64,000 nt of DNA from Mobula hypostoma. Its lineage: Eukaryota. A program made the position numbers and the translations under genes. The stretch is from positions 175,276,001 through 175,340,000 of the forward strand of contig NC_086097.1 of assembly GCF_963921235.1 (NCBI RefSeq), written 5' to 3'. This document shows positions 63,924-64,000 of the stretch, piece after piece. The notes under the pieces are model-generated. The model was not told where the DNA came from. It was given only the letters and a program-made list of their open reading frames with translations, and ran no database searches. Each line of letters begins with the position of its first letter. Within the stretch, counting starts at the first letter, position 1.

Positions 63924-64000
63924 CTGGAAACAAGCATCTGAATGAACCTCCTATCATCACTGCTAATTAAATCTTTATTAATTGCTTCATCCATGGAAAA

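Overview
Repeat-rich vertebrate DNA, most likely a cartilaginous fish (probably a ray; inferred from the CR1, Penelope and V-SINE repertoire). Two genes lie on the minus strand. (1) A meprin A beta-type metalloprotease (mep1b): 14 coding exons (numbered 2-15 by analogy to human MEP1B) were traced with GT-AG boundaries from 63923 to the stop at 17211, with AATAAA at 17004-17009; exon 1 lies beyond the window. The zinc motif, Met-turn, MAM, MATH, EGF, TM and tail are all recognisable, but exon 11 carries a 4-bp tandem duplication (38881-38888) that shifts the frame to a premature TAG at 38853. (2) About 3.6 kb downstream is the CpG island and first coding exon of metadherin (mtdh, 13027-13437); 1-13026 appears to be its intron 1. 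The rest is mostly transposons: many CR1 LINEs; a full-length decayed Gypsy element with a PNMA-like gag and tRNA-Pro-like PBS that contains an RTE insertion; two Tc1 elements; a mosaic hAT MITE; LTR remnants; tRNA-derived SINEs; and numerous fold-back Penelope-like fragments with minimal type I hammerhead ribozyme motifs, one with an intact core inside a 117-bp inverted repeat. Exon and TSD coordinates were counted by hand; boundaries of decayed repeats are approximate.
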